From Minisyncoccota bacterium (GTDB lineage: Bacteria > Patescibacteriota > Minisyncoccia > Phycocordibacterales > JBAYGS01), in the NCBI GenBank assembly GCA_041666545.1, contig JBAYGS010000001.1, positions 153,942-217,941 of the forward strand: DNA of 64,000 nt, written 5' to 3'. Position numbers and translations under genes: made by a program. How positions within the stretch are numbered: the stretch's first letter is position 1; each line of letters opens with the position of its first letter. Below, in pieces: positions 9,630 through 17,578 of the stretch. A model generated the notes under the pieces. It worked only from the letters and a program-made list of their open reading frames with translations. It was not told where the DNA came from and did no database searches.

Positions 9630-9705
9630 CTTTCGGTAGACAAGTCGATTGATTTTTCCAAGCGGGGTGATACTATTTTAGTAGAAATCTCAACAAAAGG
9701 ATGTT

Positions 9706-9864
9706 ATGCAAGCCCTGCTTAGCCTGCCCATCCTTTTAATCATTGGCTGGGCACTTTCGATTCACGATCCGAACAAGCCTGTAGTAGGCAAACTTCAGGA
9801 ACTGCTTTGGATTGCCGCCTCATGCGCCTTCGGTTTTGGCTTCGCCGCCATAATCTGCCACTAG
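9706..9864 (+). CDS. small hydrophobic protein (52 aa), unannotated
   Basis: Below the ORF-track cutoff. RBS aaaagg sits 5 nt before the ATG. Product MQALLSLPILLIIGWALS...FGFGFAAIICH has two hydrophobic segments. A hairpin plus T-run follows at 9907..9937. Confidence 0.4.
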   Translation: MQALLSLPILLIIGWALSIHDPNKPVVGKLQELLWIAASCAFGFGFAAIICH

Positions 9865-9906
9865 CCAGTACAAAGTGGCCAAGAGAAAAACCTCCGTCCC
9901 AACTGT

Positions 9907-9937
9907 ACCGCAAACCCTACCGGGCTTGCGGTTTTAG
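9907..9937 (+). terminator. hairpin plus T-run after the small ORF
   Basis: ccgcaa...ttgcgg stem followed by ttttag. Confidence 0.4.
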
Positions 9938-9943
9938 CTTAAT

Positions 9944-9977
9944 AAAAAAACCGACCCTAGTGGATCGGTTTTTTTAC
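9944..9977. terminator. bidirectional terminator (rplU 3' end)
   Basis: aaaaaaaccgaccctagtggatcggttttttt. Confidence 0.7.
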
Positions 9978-10327
9978 TTGAGCGCCGTAATCTTAACTTG
10001 GAAGAAATCTTGTCGGTGTCCGGCCTTTTTGTAGTATCGGCTCTTTTGCTTGTAGTGGATGACAGTCACCTTTGGCAATCGGCCAATCTTTTCAATTTCG
10101 GCCTCAACTTTGGCACCGGAAATGTAAGGGGTGCCGATAGTGGTATCTTGGCCATTATCAACCAAAAGCACCTTATCAAAGGAAACTTTGCCACCAACCT
10201 GGTGCTCGCCCTGAAGTTTCTCGATTCGCACTGATTCACCCACGGAAACCTTGTACTGTTTTCCGCCAGTAGCAATAACCGCAAATTCTTCAGTCTTATT
10301 TGGTTTTGCGCCTTTCTTGATTGGCAT
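9974..10327 (-). CDS. rplU: 50S ribosomal protein L21 (with N-terminal extension)
   Basis: FAVIATGGKQYKVSVGESVRIEKL...KVTVIHYKQKSRYYKK is the L21 core. Confidence 0.85.
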   Translation of the reverse strand: MPIKKGAKPNKTEEFAVIATGGKQYKVSVGESVRIEKLQGEHQVGGKVSFDKVLLVDNGQDTTIGTPYISGAKVEAEIEKIGRLPKVTVIHYKQKSRYYKKAGHRQDFFQVKITALK

Positions 10328-10367
10328 AATGGGACTATTTTACACAAAGCCAATTAAAAAGCAAGTG

Positions 10368-10404
10368 CACGAATAGCGAGACCACGAATACGCACACACG
10401 AATA
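10368..10404. promoter_or_regulatory. three direct repeats of CACGAATA spaced 15 and 14 bp, upstream of rplU
   Basis: Copies start at 10368, 10383 and 10397, in the rplU/rmuC intergenic region. Confidence 0.3.
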
Positions 10405-10447
10405 TAAAGATATGGAAAACCCCTAAGGTTGCGACGAACTCGCAAGA

Positions 10448-11545
10448 TTACCCCTCCAGTTCATCACTCTCCGGCTTAGCTAGGAGCGCCGGCTCAATTT
10501 TGGCCGAAACGCCGGTAATTTTTAGGATGTCTTTATCAATTTTTTTAAATTCCTTACCGGAAATATTGTACTGATTTACCGCCGTGGAGAGAGCGTTGCC
10601 AAGCTTATTGTGGTACTCATCATAGCTCTTTAAATGCTTCATTAGGCCATCAACATTCTTCACAATCTCTTTGGCCTGCTCCTCGATTTGCATCGCTTTT
10701 AGGCCCTGTAAAACGGTCTGCAGATAGGCCAAAAACGAGGTCGGCGAAACAATTATCACTTTGTACTTCCCCGCCGCCCGTTGAATTAGGTTTTCCGTAT
10801 CGTCGGCTAAAGCGCCGATTTTATTGATTAACAGATCATAGTAAATCGCCTCGTGCGGAATAAACATAAAAGCAAAGTCCATCGTCCCCTCGCCCGGCCT
10901 GATATATTTCGAAGTCTCAACAATTCGATTTTTTAAATCATTGACGAAAATTTTTTCCAGTTTTTCCTTTTCCGCCGGATTTCTCTCTTCAACTAAACGG
11001 TTGTAGTTTTCCAAGGAAAACTTTGAGTCAACCGGAATAATTTTATCCTTTACCCGCACAATCGCATCGACAATCTCGCCATTTTTAAAAGCATACTGCA
11101 TTTGATAATTCCCCGGAGGCAAAACATTTTTCAAAAGGGTTTCTAGATAGTACTCCCCCAAAATCCCCCGCTGTTTTGGATTTTTCAAAATATCTTGAAG
11201 CGACTGCAGTTGGTCAGCAAAAGTCACCATGTTTTTGCCGGTCTCCTCAACTCTCGCCACCTTGTCGGCGATGTTGGAAAGCTCCTTTAAAAATTGCCCT
11301 GTCACATTTCGGCTTTCACTTAATTGCATCTTTACAGAATCATTCATTTGCCTGGTCCCCTCGCCAATCTTGGCATCGACGGTGCGAGACAATTCGTTGA
11401 CCTGCTGAAGCAAAAGCTTCATACCATTAGTTTCCGCCTCCTCATTCGCACCCGCTCGGCTATTAAATTTCATAATTAAAAAAATAACCGCGCCAATTAG
11501 GATCGCGACCAAAACCGTAAGAATAATCAAAAGTGTGTCTGACAT
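10448..11545 (-). CDS. rmuC: DNA recombination protein RmuC
   Basis: N-terminal TM helix, long coiled-coil and RmuC C-terminal nuclease-like domain (FMFIPHEAIYYDL...IVSPTSFLAYLQTV). Confidence 0.75.
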   Translation of the reverse strand: MSDTLLIILTVLVAILIGAVIFLIMKFNSRAGANEEAETNGMKLLLQQVNELSRTVDAKIGEGTRQMNDSVKMQLSESRNVTGQFLKELSNIADKVARVEETGKNMVTFADQLQSLQDILKNPKQRGILGEYYLETLLKNVLPPGNYQMQYAFKNGEIVDAIVRVKDKIIPVDSKFSLENYNRLVEERNPAEKEKLEKIFVNDLKNRIVETSKYIRPGEGTMDFAFMFIPHEAIYYDLLINKIGALADDTENLIQRAAGKYKVIIVSPTSFLAYLQTVLQGLKAMQIEEQAKEIVKNVDGLMKHLKSYDEYHNKLGNALSTAVNQYNISGKEFKKIDKDILKITGVSAKIEPALLAKPESDELEG

Positions 11546-11569
11546 AAAAACATTATACTCCAGAAGACT

Positions 11570-11607
11570 GGAAAGTATAAGGTATCGGGTATATAGTATA
11601 TGGTATT
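11570..11607 (+). promoter_or_regulatory. conserved promoter-like motif, copy A (aagtataaGGTATCGGGTATATAGTATATGGTATT)
   Basis: Lies ~30 nt upstream of the yqeY ATG. Near-identical copies are at 59524..59559 and, inverted, at 43071..43106. It contains TATAGT and TATATG -10-like hexamers. Confidence 0.45.
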
Positions 11608-11633
11608 AAGACCAAATTTTTACTCACCTTACC

Positions 11634-12086
11634 ATGTCTCTACAAAACGATATTCGAAGCCAAGTCAAAGACGCTATGCTCAAACGCGAGGCGGTGCGTT
11701 TAGGAGTCTTGCGTGGCCTCCTGGCCGCTTTCACCAACGAATTGGTCGCCAAAGGCAAAAAGCCGGACCAAGAGTTAGCCGATGAAGATGTCCTCACGGT
11801 AATCAAACGCTCGGTCAAGCAACGAAAGGATTCAATCGAGCAATTCAAAGCCGGCAACCGTGACGATTTGGCTGAAAGTGAAGCTGCCGAATTGAAAATT
11901 CTAGAAACCTTTCTCCCTCAAATGATGAGCGAAGCCGACATCACAAAAGTCGCCGAGGCCAAAAAAAAGGAACTAGGAGTGACCGATAATAGCAAACTCG
12001 GTGTCTTAGTCGGAGCCGTGATGAAAGAGCTTAAAGGCCAAGCTGACGGCGCCACCGTTAAAAAAGTAGTGGAATCCTTGTTTTAA
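11634..12086 (+). CDS. yqeY: GatB/YqeY domain protein
   Basis: Full-length match to the YqeY/GatB C-terminal-like domain family (AMLKREAVRLGVLRGLLAAF...KVVESLF). Confidence 0.85.
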   Translation: MSLQNDIRSQVKDAMLKREAVRLGVLRGLLAAFTNELVAKGKKPDQELADEDVLTVIKRSVKQRKDSIEQFKAGNRDDLAESEAAELKILETFLPQMMSEADITKVAEAKKKELGVTDNSKLGVLVGAVMKELKGQADGATVKKVVESLF

Positions 12087-12089
12087 ATC

Positions 12090-12722
12090 ATGAGCCCACA
12101 AAGCAAAACCCGCGCTCTGATTATTTTATTCCGAACGATTTTACTAATCGCCATTATTACGGTGATTGTTTTTGCCGGGCGCAATAGCTCAAAAATCCTA
12201 GCCCGAAACGGTAGCTTGATCGGCCCCCAAACTGCCGGGCTTTTTGGCGGTTTTAAGTACAAAGCTTACGGTAATAGCGCCCTAAGTTATCAGCTGAGTT
12301 GCGAGGAATTTGCGGCCGCCGACATGCCTGTCGGAGATACCGTTATTAGCAAGAGTGTTCCCAAAAATCAGATTTTTGCTGACTCCCAAGAGTTGGCCGA
12401 TGAGATGGCCCTCGCTTTTCTTAAAAGCCAGGTCACTGACGAGCTAACCTGCTACAATTCGGACCAAGAATACATCGCCACCTGTGAACCTCCAACAGTT
12501 GGGGAATATACTGTCGTGGTTCCAGCATACAGCTTCAGCGGTAAACTTTATGACGCAGGTTATGCCACCTTACTGAACCCTGCAGGCACCATGGTTAATA
12601 GCATTTGTGTAAGCCCAAACTGTCGAGCTAGGGCTGCCGCCAAAATTGCCGCCTTAAAAGAGCTGAAGTGCGAACTGCCCGACACATCAGGCTATGTGCC
12701 CGCAGCCGATGGATCCATATAA
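12090..12722 (+). CDS. hypothetical secreted or membrane-anchored Cys-containing protein
   Basis: N-terminal TM helix followed by a soluble domain with 8 Cys. No recognisable family. Confidence 0.5.
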   Translation: MSPQSKTRALIILFRTILLIAIITVIVFAGRNSSKILARNGSLIGPQTAGLFGGFKYKAYGNSALSYQLSCEEFAAADMPVGDTVISKSVPKNQIFADSQELADEMALAFLKSQVTDELTCYNSDQEYIATCEPPTVGEYTVVVPAYSFSGKLYDAGYATLLNPAGTMVNSICVSPNCRARAAAKIAALKELKCELPDTSGYVPAADGSI

Positions 12723-12799
12723 GAAAACCGGGCTTTTCTTCTACTATTGACTTCTCCATATAAAGTATGGTAGTATGGCGGTAGATTGGAGAATAATTT

Positions 12800-13030
12800 A
12801 TGAAGACTGTTTCCGCTTCGAGGTGCCACGCGCTCCTCAACTTCGCTCGAACGATTGCTGACCGGCCCGAGTTGGCAGAAGTAATCGGCAATCGACCGGT
12901 ATCGCCTTTAAGCAAGGCTCAACAGGATCGCCTGAAACGGACCGAAAGCCCTTCTTTGAAAAGGCTCGCCCAAAGGGCCGCGTTAAGTCAGGACGCTGTG
13001 GCCGGACAAGGCCGACTCCCCTTGCCATAA
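12800..13030 (+). CDS. hypothetical small protein (76 aa)
   Basis: RBS ggaga sits 8 nt upstream. A hairpin plus T-run terminator follows directly. No recognisable family. Confidence 0.3.
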   Translation: MKTVSASRCHALLNFARTIADRPELAEVIGNRPVSPLSKAQQDRLKRTESPSLKRLAQRAALSQDAVAGQGRLPLP

Positions 13031-13041
13031 GGCTCGATCCT

Positions 13042-13068
13042 AAAACGGCGAACCCCTCGCCGTTTTTA
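13042..13068 (+). terminator. rho-independent terminator
   Basis: aacggcgaacccctcgccgtttttatatttt. Confidence 0.65.
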
Positions 13069-13126
13069 TATTTTCGTGTAGAATTAAAGCTGGATAGTCT
13101 TGTACCAACCTCAACCAAAGGCAGTT

Positions 13127-13360
13127 ATGGCAGTGATGATGTTCCGAGTCTCAGGCAGTTCTGGTATCGGCAGTGGTAGTCGCGGTCTCATTCCTTCAGG
13201 ATTGCGTTCGGGTTCCTTGTTTGGTGGTAGCATAGGCAGCCACGGCAAAACCCCCACAGCGTCCGAAGAAGCCCCGCCGCGAAAATCCTTCAAGCCCAAC
13301 CGGCACACCGAACGAGTGAAGCCCGAAACCAGAAAATGCCCGCCCCCTTGGCACCATTGA
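13127..13360 (+). CDS. possible Gly/Ser-rich small protein (77 aa)
   Basis: A TAGAAT -10-like hexamer lies at 13081, an aaagg RBS precedes the ATG, and a strong terminator follows at 13384. The composition is low-complexity (GSSGIGSGSRGLIPSGLRSGSLFGGSIGSHG). It could instead be non-coding. Confidence 0.2.
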   Translation: MAVMMFRVSGSSGIGSGSRGLIPSGLRSGSLFGGSIGSHGKTPTASEEAPPRKSFKPNRHTERVKPETRKCPPPWHH

Positions 13361-13383
13361 ACATCAGCAACTTTCACTATTAA

Positions 13384-13415
13384 GGCGCGGACTCTGTCCG
13401 CGCCTTTTCTTTTTG
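13384..13415 (+). terminator. rho-independent terminator
   Basis: ggcgcggactctgtccgcgccttttctttttg. Confidence 0.7.
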
Positions 13416-13426
13416 ATAAATTTAAA

Positions 13427-13458
13427 GGCGCGCGGTGAATTTTAATCACCCGCGCGCC
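13427..13458 (-). terminator. terminator of the minus-strand gene 13464..13736
   Basis: ggcgcgcggtga...tcacccgcgcgcc hairpin with an AT-rich run after it in minus sense. Confidence 0.55.
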
Positions 13459-13463
13459 ACTCT

Positions 13464-13736
13464 TCAAAATTCCAAAACCTCTTCGGGAGGAATGTCGATT
13501 TTATCTTGAAGGCAACAGCCGACATTTTGCCAAACCCCTTTGGTATACCGGACTCGAACCGGAGTCATCGGCACCGTGTCGTAATCGTCCACAATCCAAT
13601 AGGCCCAGGTGCCTTCTTGTTGCCAATCGGCAATCATGGTCCTAGTTCGGTCCACAATCATTCCGGTCATATTATTCATCATAAATTCCCTTTCTCGTTT
13701 CTGTCTTAAGACTACACATTTATGACAAGCTGTCAA
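13464..13736 (-). CDS. hypothetical protein
   Basis: 90-aa ORF with no recognisable motif. Terminators flank it on both sides. Confidence 0.4.
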   Translation of the reverse strand: MTACHKCVVLRQKREREFMMNNMTGMIVDRTRTMIADWQQEGTWAYWIVDDYDTVPMTPVRVRYTKGVWQNVGCCLQDKIDIPPEEVLEF

Positions 13737-13747
13737 ACCCGCACAAA

Positions 13748-13787
13748 CAAAAACCCCGCGAATCGCTTCGCGGGGTTTTTGTTTTTA
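13748..13787. terminator. bidirectional terminator (3' of uvrB)
   Basis: aaaaaccccgcgaatcgcttcgcggggtttttgttttt. Confidence 0.75.
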
Positions 13788-13797
13788 GCTTTAGCGA

Positions 13798-13864
13798 CAC
13801 CAGTCTGCGCTCTTTAGTTATTAGTTTTTAAATTAATTTTATAATGTAAGAGCGCAGGCTGGTG
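13798..13864. repeat. 17 bp inverted repeat (one mismatch) enclosing a 33 nt AT-rich loop
   Basis: caccagtctgcgctctt ... aagagcgcaggctggtg. The loop contains ttataat. The element lies between the uvrB 3' end and the upstream region of the 13464..13736 gene. Confidence 0.5.
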
Positions 13865-13927
13865 TGGCCCGAATTCAATGTTCATCTGTTAGAGTATAGC
13901 ATACGCCACCTTTTTTGTCAAGTATTT

Positions 13928-15994
13928 TCATTCTTTCTTCCTCCTGACCTTACTTTTTGACTTATTAGAGCCACTTTTGACTTTGATCGCCTCAATTTCA
14001 TCTCTCATTAAAGCGGCTGTCTCAAAGTCCAGCACCTTTACGGCTTCATTCATCTGCTTTTCTTTTTCTTTAATTAGTTTGCGGATATTCTTGCCGAACA
14101 ATTGGGTATCAATTTCAACGAGCGAGGCCACAGCTTTGTCATGCTCACTTCTCATCTCCTCGGTGATATCGTGAATCTTTTTAATAATCGTCTGCGGAGT
14201 TATACCGTGCTTTGTATTGTAAGCAACCTGGATCTCTCGTCGGCGATTAGTCTCGTCGAGCGCCCGCTTGATTGAACCGGTCACCACATCAGCATAAAGA
14301 ATCACCCGCCCGTGCACATTTCGCGCCGCTCGGCCGATAGTTTGAATGAGTGAAGTATCCGAACGCAAAAAGCCTTCCTTGTCGGCATCAAGAATTCCAA
14401 TAAGCTCGACTTCCGGCAAGTCCAAACCTTCACGCAAAAGGTTCACGCCGACAATACAATCGAATTTGCCGCGTCGGAATTCAGTTAGAATATCGATTCG
14501 ATCAATCGTCTTGATATCACTGTGTAAGTATTCAGCTTTGATGCCACGTTCTTTGAGAAATTCACTTAAATCCTCGGCCATCTTCTTGGTCAAAGTCGTG
14601 GCAATTACCCGACCGCCGTGTTTAATGGTTTTCTCGGCTTCTTCAATAAAATCCTTCACCTGACCCAAATATTCTTTACTCGAAACAACCGGCTTAATAT
14701 CCACAACCGGGTCAATAAGTCCGGTCGGACGAATCACCTGTTCAACAATCTGTTGACTCTTTTCCCTTTCGAAATTGCTCGGCGTGGCCGAAGTATAAAT
14801 TACCTGGCCGACTCGTTTTTCAAATTCATCAAACTTCAAAGGCCGGTTATCCTTCGCTGACGGCAAGCGAAAACCGAAATCAACCAAGGTTTTTTTCCGC
14901 GAGGCGTCGCCGGCATACATACCATTAAGTTGTGGCACGGTCACGTGCGATTCGTCGATGATAGTGAGAAAATCCGGTGAGCCGTCAGCCTTGTGCGGGA
15001 AATATGAAAGTAAGGTATCAGGCGCTTCGCCAGGCTTTTTACCGGAAAAATGGCGCGAGTAATTTTCGATACCATTGCAATAGCCAACTTCTCGAATAAG
15101 CGCTAGGTCATAATTGGTCCGACGCTTCAGACGCTCTACTTCGAGCACCTTGCCTTCCTTCTTCAAAACCTTCAACTGCTCTTCAAGCTCGAGTTTAATG
15201 TCGGCAATCGCGCGAGCCCGCTCTGCCTCCGGTGTCACGAAATGTTTGGCCGGAAAGATAAAAATCGAATCCAGCCCACCGATTTCGGAACGCGAAATCG
15301 CATCGATCTGCCGAATTTTCTCAATTATCTCCTCGCTAAATTCAAATCGGTAAATTACCTTCTCGTTGACAGGCATCACTTCGACCGTATTCCCCACTGC
15401 CCGAAATTTACCCGGCTCAAGATCGGCATTGGTGCGCTCGAAATAAATCCCAATCAATTTTCTAATCATTTCGGCACGAGAAATCTTGTCACCAATTTTT
15501 AACTTTAAATTCACTTTTTCGTATTCTTCCGGACTGCCCAAGCCATAAATACAGGAGACCGAGGCTACAATAATCACATCCTTGCGGGTGAGTAAGGCTT
15601 GAGTCGAAGCGTGACGCAGGCGCTCAATCTCCTCGTTAATCATCGCCTCCTTCTCAATATAAGTGTCGGAAACCGGCATATAGGCTTCCGGTTGATAGTA
15701 GTCGTAATAAGAGACAAAATAGTGAACGGCGTTCTCTGGAAAGAATTCCCGATACTCCTGGGCCAGTTGGGCCGCGAGAGTTTTGTTGTGAGCAATTACC
15801 AAAGTCGGCTTTTGGATTTGCTCAATCACATTAGCAACGGTAAAAGTCTTGCCCGAACCGGTCACGCCCAAAAGAGTCTGTTTGGTAAGGCCCTTTCTAA
15901 CCCCTGAAACCAGGGCCTTGATTGCCGTAGGTTGGTCTCCTGCTGGTTCATAACCAGTTCTTAGCTTAAATTCCATCGCAACACTATACAACAA
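13928..15994 (-). CDS. uvrB: excinuclease ABC subunit B
   Basis: GVTGSGKTFT Walker A, helicase motifs, UvrB beta-hairpin region and a C-terminal UVR-like coiled coil with a lysine-rich tail. Confidence 0.95.
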   Translation of the reverse strand: MLYSVAMEFKLRTGYEPAGDQPTAIKALVSGVRKGLTKQTLLGVTGSGKTFTVANVIEQIQKPTLVIAHNKTLAAQLAQEYREFFPENAVHYFVSYYDYYQPEAYMPVSDTYIEKEAMINEEIERLRHASTQALLTRKDVIIVASVSCIYGLGSPEEYEKVNLKLKIGDKISRAEMIRKLIGIYFERTNADLEPGKFRAVGNTVEVMPVNEKVIYRFEFSEEIIEKIRQIDAISRSEIGGLDSIFIFPAKHFVTPEAERARAIADIKLELEEQLKVLKKEGKVLEVERLKRRTNYDLALIREVGYCNGIENYSRHFSGKKPGEAPDTLLSYFPHKADGSPDFLTIIDESHVTVPQLNGMYAGDASRKKTLVDFGFRLPSAKDNRPLKFDEFEKRVGQVIYTSATPSNFEREKSQQIVEQVIRPTGLIDPVVDIKPVVSSKEYLGQVKDFIEEAEKTIKHGGRVIATTLTKKMAEDLSEFLKERGIKAEYLHSDIKTIDRIDILTEFRRGKFDCIVGVNLLREGLDLPEVELIGILDADKEGFLRSDTSLIQTIGRAARNVHGRVILYADVVTGSIKRALDETNRRREIQVAYNTKHGITPQTIIKKIHDITEEMRSEHDKAVASLVEIDTQLFGKNIRKLIKEKEKQMNEAVKVLDFETAALMRDEIEAIKVKSGSNKSKSKVRRKKE

Positions 15995-16097
15995 AATCCT
16001 TAACTTTAATACCTTTGTTTGTTGTAGGTTGTGGGCTATTAGTTGTCAGTTCCCAACTCTCGTTTTATTCGCATGCCCTATTTGTAAGGGTTCCCAA

Positions 16098-16128
16098 CAA
16101 AAAAGCCCCGGCATTATGCCGAGGCATT
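16098..16128 (-). terminator. rho-independent terminator of the 16158..16526 gene
   Basis: Minus sense reads gcctcggcataatgccggggcttttttg. Confidence 0.65.
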
Positions 16129-16157
16129 TGCAAACCCACCCAAAGATTGCTCAAGAA

Positions 16158-16526
16158 TTATCCCGGAGCATAACCCGCAAATGGAGACTGATTCTCCAGG
16201 CCTAGGCAATCTCGCTTCCGCTGTCTGGCCTGACATTCGGCTGTGGCCCGACTAACGAGCCAATCGTTCCTGCGCGCCAGCCGAATTTCCTCGCGCTTCG
16301 TCATGGTAATCCAGCTGTTATAGCCGTCTCGGTTCCAGAAGACAACTTTTTGAGTTGCTGGGACATTCGCGTCACCAACAACCCGATAACCCTCCTGACC
16401 GTGTCTGGGCATAGCGATTTTCCCGCAGGCCGGAGTTGTGTAAACTTCATCTCGCTTGAATTTGAATTGCGACAGTTCAGCGTAAACCGGTTCGTGCGAG
16501 GTCTTCATAACCATCTCGGGTGTCAT
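16158..16526 (-). CDS. hypothetical protein (122 aa), GC-richer
   Basis: The ATG at 16526 has an aaagg RBS 8 nt upstream. The ORF-track N-terminal extension to 16664 would run through a strong hairpin, so the shorter start is preferred. No recognised domain. Confidence 0.45.
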   Translation of the reverse strand: MTPEMVMKTSHEPVYAELSQFKFKRDEVYTTPACGKIAMPRHGQEGYRVVGDANVPATQKVVFWNRDGYNSWITMTKREEIRLARRNDWLVSRATAECQARQRKRDCLGLENQSPFAGYAPG

Positions 16527-16600
16527 TTTATACCTTTCTCTTTGTTGTGCTTTATTGAGTTTTACCGAAGGAACAATCCGCCTAGCATAAGCCAAACGAA

Positions 16601-16635
16601 GAGCCCTCAAGCTTTTGACTTGAGGGCTCGTTTTT
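16601..16635 (+). terminator. orphan intrinsic terminator-like hairpin (11 bp stem plus TTTTT), plus-strand oriented
   Basis: gagccctcaagcttttgacttgagggctcgttttt. No plus-strand gene lies upstream. It sits in the 5' region of the minus-strand gene. Confidence 0.5.
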
Positions 16636-16822
16636 AATGTTGAGATAAATTTTCTTAACACCAAGAACCAACCCTCAAATCTTCTGTGAGGACAGGCAAA
16701 TTCTTAATGGAAATGTAGGAATGAATTTTCATTGGTGTCGGTAAATCCTAGCAAAACCTGTGCATTTTGTCACCTCTTTTTAGCTTCTCCTGTGGATATC
16801 CGGCATTCTCTACACAGTTTCT

Positions 16823-16863
16823 CTACATAGGGCAGTCCTATGTCATAGGACTGCCCTATGTAG
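16823..16863. promoter_or_regulatory. perfect 41 bp palindrome (operator-like) overlapping a TAGAAT -10 hexamer
   Basis: ctacatagggcagtcctatg t cataggactgccctatgtag. It lies in the divergent intergenic region between 16158..16526 (-) and 16933..17535 (+). It is preceded by the direct repeat tctctaca. Confidence 0.6.
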
Positions 16864-16932
16864 AATCACTTGCAAAATAGTCAGGAACGAGTAGGATGAT
16901 TTGAGGAAAACTTGTTTAAAAGAAAGGACTAT

Positions 16933-17535
16933 ATGGCGACCAACCTAAAATCACTTAGGAAGGATCAATTAATGGTTCTCCTGGTCGAAGCAGTAGTGGA
17001 GAAAAGAACCGATGACATCACGGCATTCAGCAATGAACTGCTTGATCGGATACCTCCGGAGGCTGAGCCCGGATTGGTGCTTGATGTCGAACTCCAGGAG
17101 CTTGGCGCGGCAGATACTCTGGAGCTTCAAGCACCTGAACCGCCGGTAGAGCATCCGATATGCCCGACCTGCAAGACTGTGAGGACTTGGGTCCGAGACC
17201 ACTTCACCTGCACATATTGCAATCAACAACTGTGTCCCGACGGCGGAAGCAACCCGATACCCGGCAAATTTGTTGAAGCGGACGGAGGCGGAGTAGCGTT
17301 TCAACACGGTGTTGTGCCGGACGGTGGTGATCAAAGGAGAATTACCGGTGGCAATCCTCCGGAATGCCCGAAATGTGGTGGCGGAATGATGCCGGATGAA
17401 TCAGTTTACCGATGCATTACTTGCGGTCACGCGGTTGGCAATCCGCCAACGTGTTCAGATTGCGGCACATTGACCACACCTGACGGTGCAGTTTACAAAT
17501 GTTTAAACTGCGGACATGTCATGGGCGACCACTAG
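16933..17535 (+). CDS. hypothetical protein with an acidic N-terminal region and three C-terminal zinc-ribbon (CxxC...CxxC) repeats
   Basis: An aaagaaagga RBS precedes the ATG at 16933. Cys pairs are CPTC/CTYC, CPKC/CITCGH and CSDC/CLNCGH. The gene is GC-richer than its neighbours. A terminator follows. Confidence 0.55.
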   Translation: MATNLKSLRKDQLMVLLVEAVVEKRTDDITAFSNELLDRIPPEAEPGLVLDVELQELGAADTLELQAPEPPVEHPICPTCKTVRTWVRDHFTCTYCNQQLCPDGGSNPIPGKFVEADGGGVAFQHGVVPDGGDQRRITGGNPPECPKCGGGMMPDESVYRCITCGHAVGNPPTCSDCGTLTTPDGAVYKCLNCGHVMGDH

Positions 17536-17549
17536 CCTGCCGGAAAAAT

Positions 17550-17578
17550 CAAAGCGAGACCTGAGTCTCGCTTTTTTA
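17550..17578. terminator. bidirectional terminator
   Basis: aaagcgagacctgagtctcgctttttt. Confidence 0.7.

Noticed and set aside
12723-13463. Possible tmRNA, RNase P RNA or SRP RNA in the gene-poor interval
   Set aside because: I searched by eye for the RNase P P4 motif (AGTCCGGGC / ACAGAACCCGGCTTA), the tmRNA T-arm and tag-ORF features, and the SRP domain IV motif. None matched. The region stays unassigned.
13111-13467. Minus-strand 118-aa ORF overlapping the Gly/Ser-rich plus ORF
   Set aside because: It runs through two terminator hairpins, has no RBS and a low-complexity translation. It is considered non-coding.
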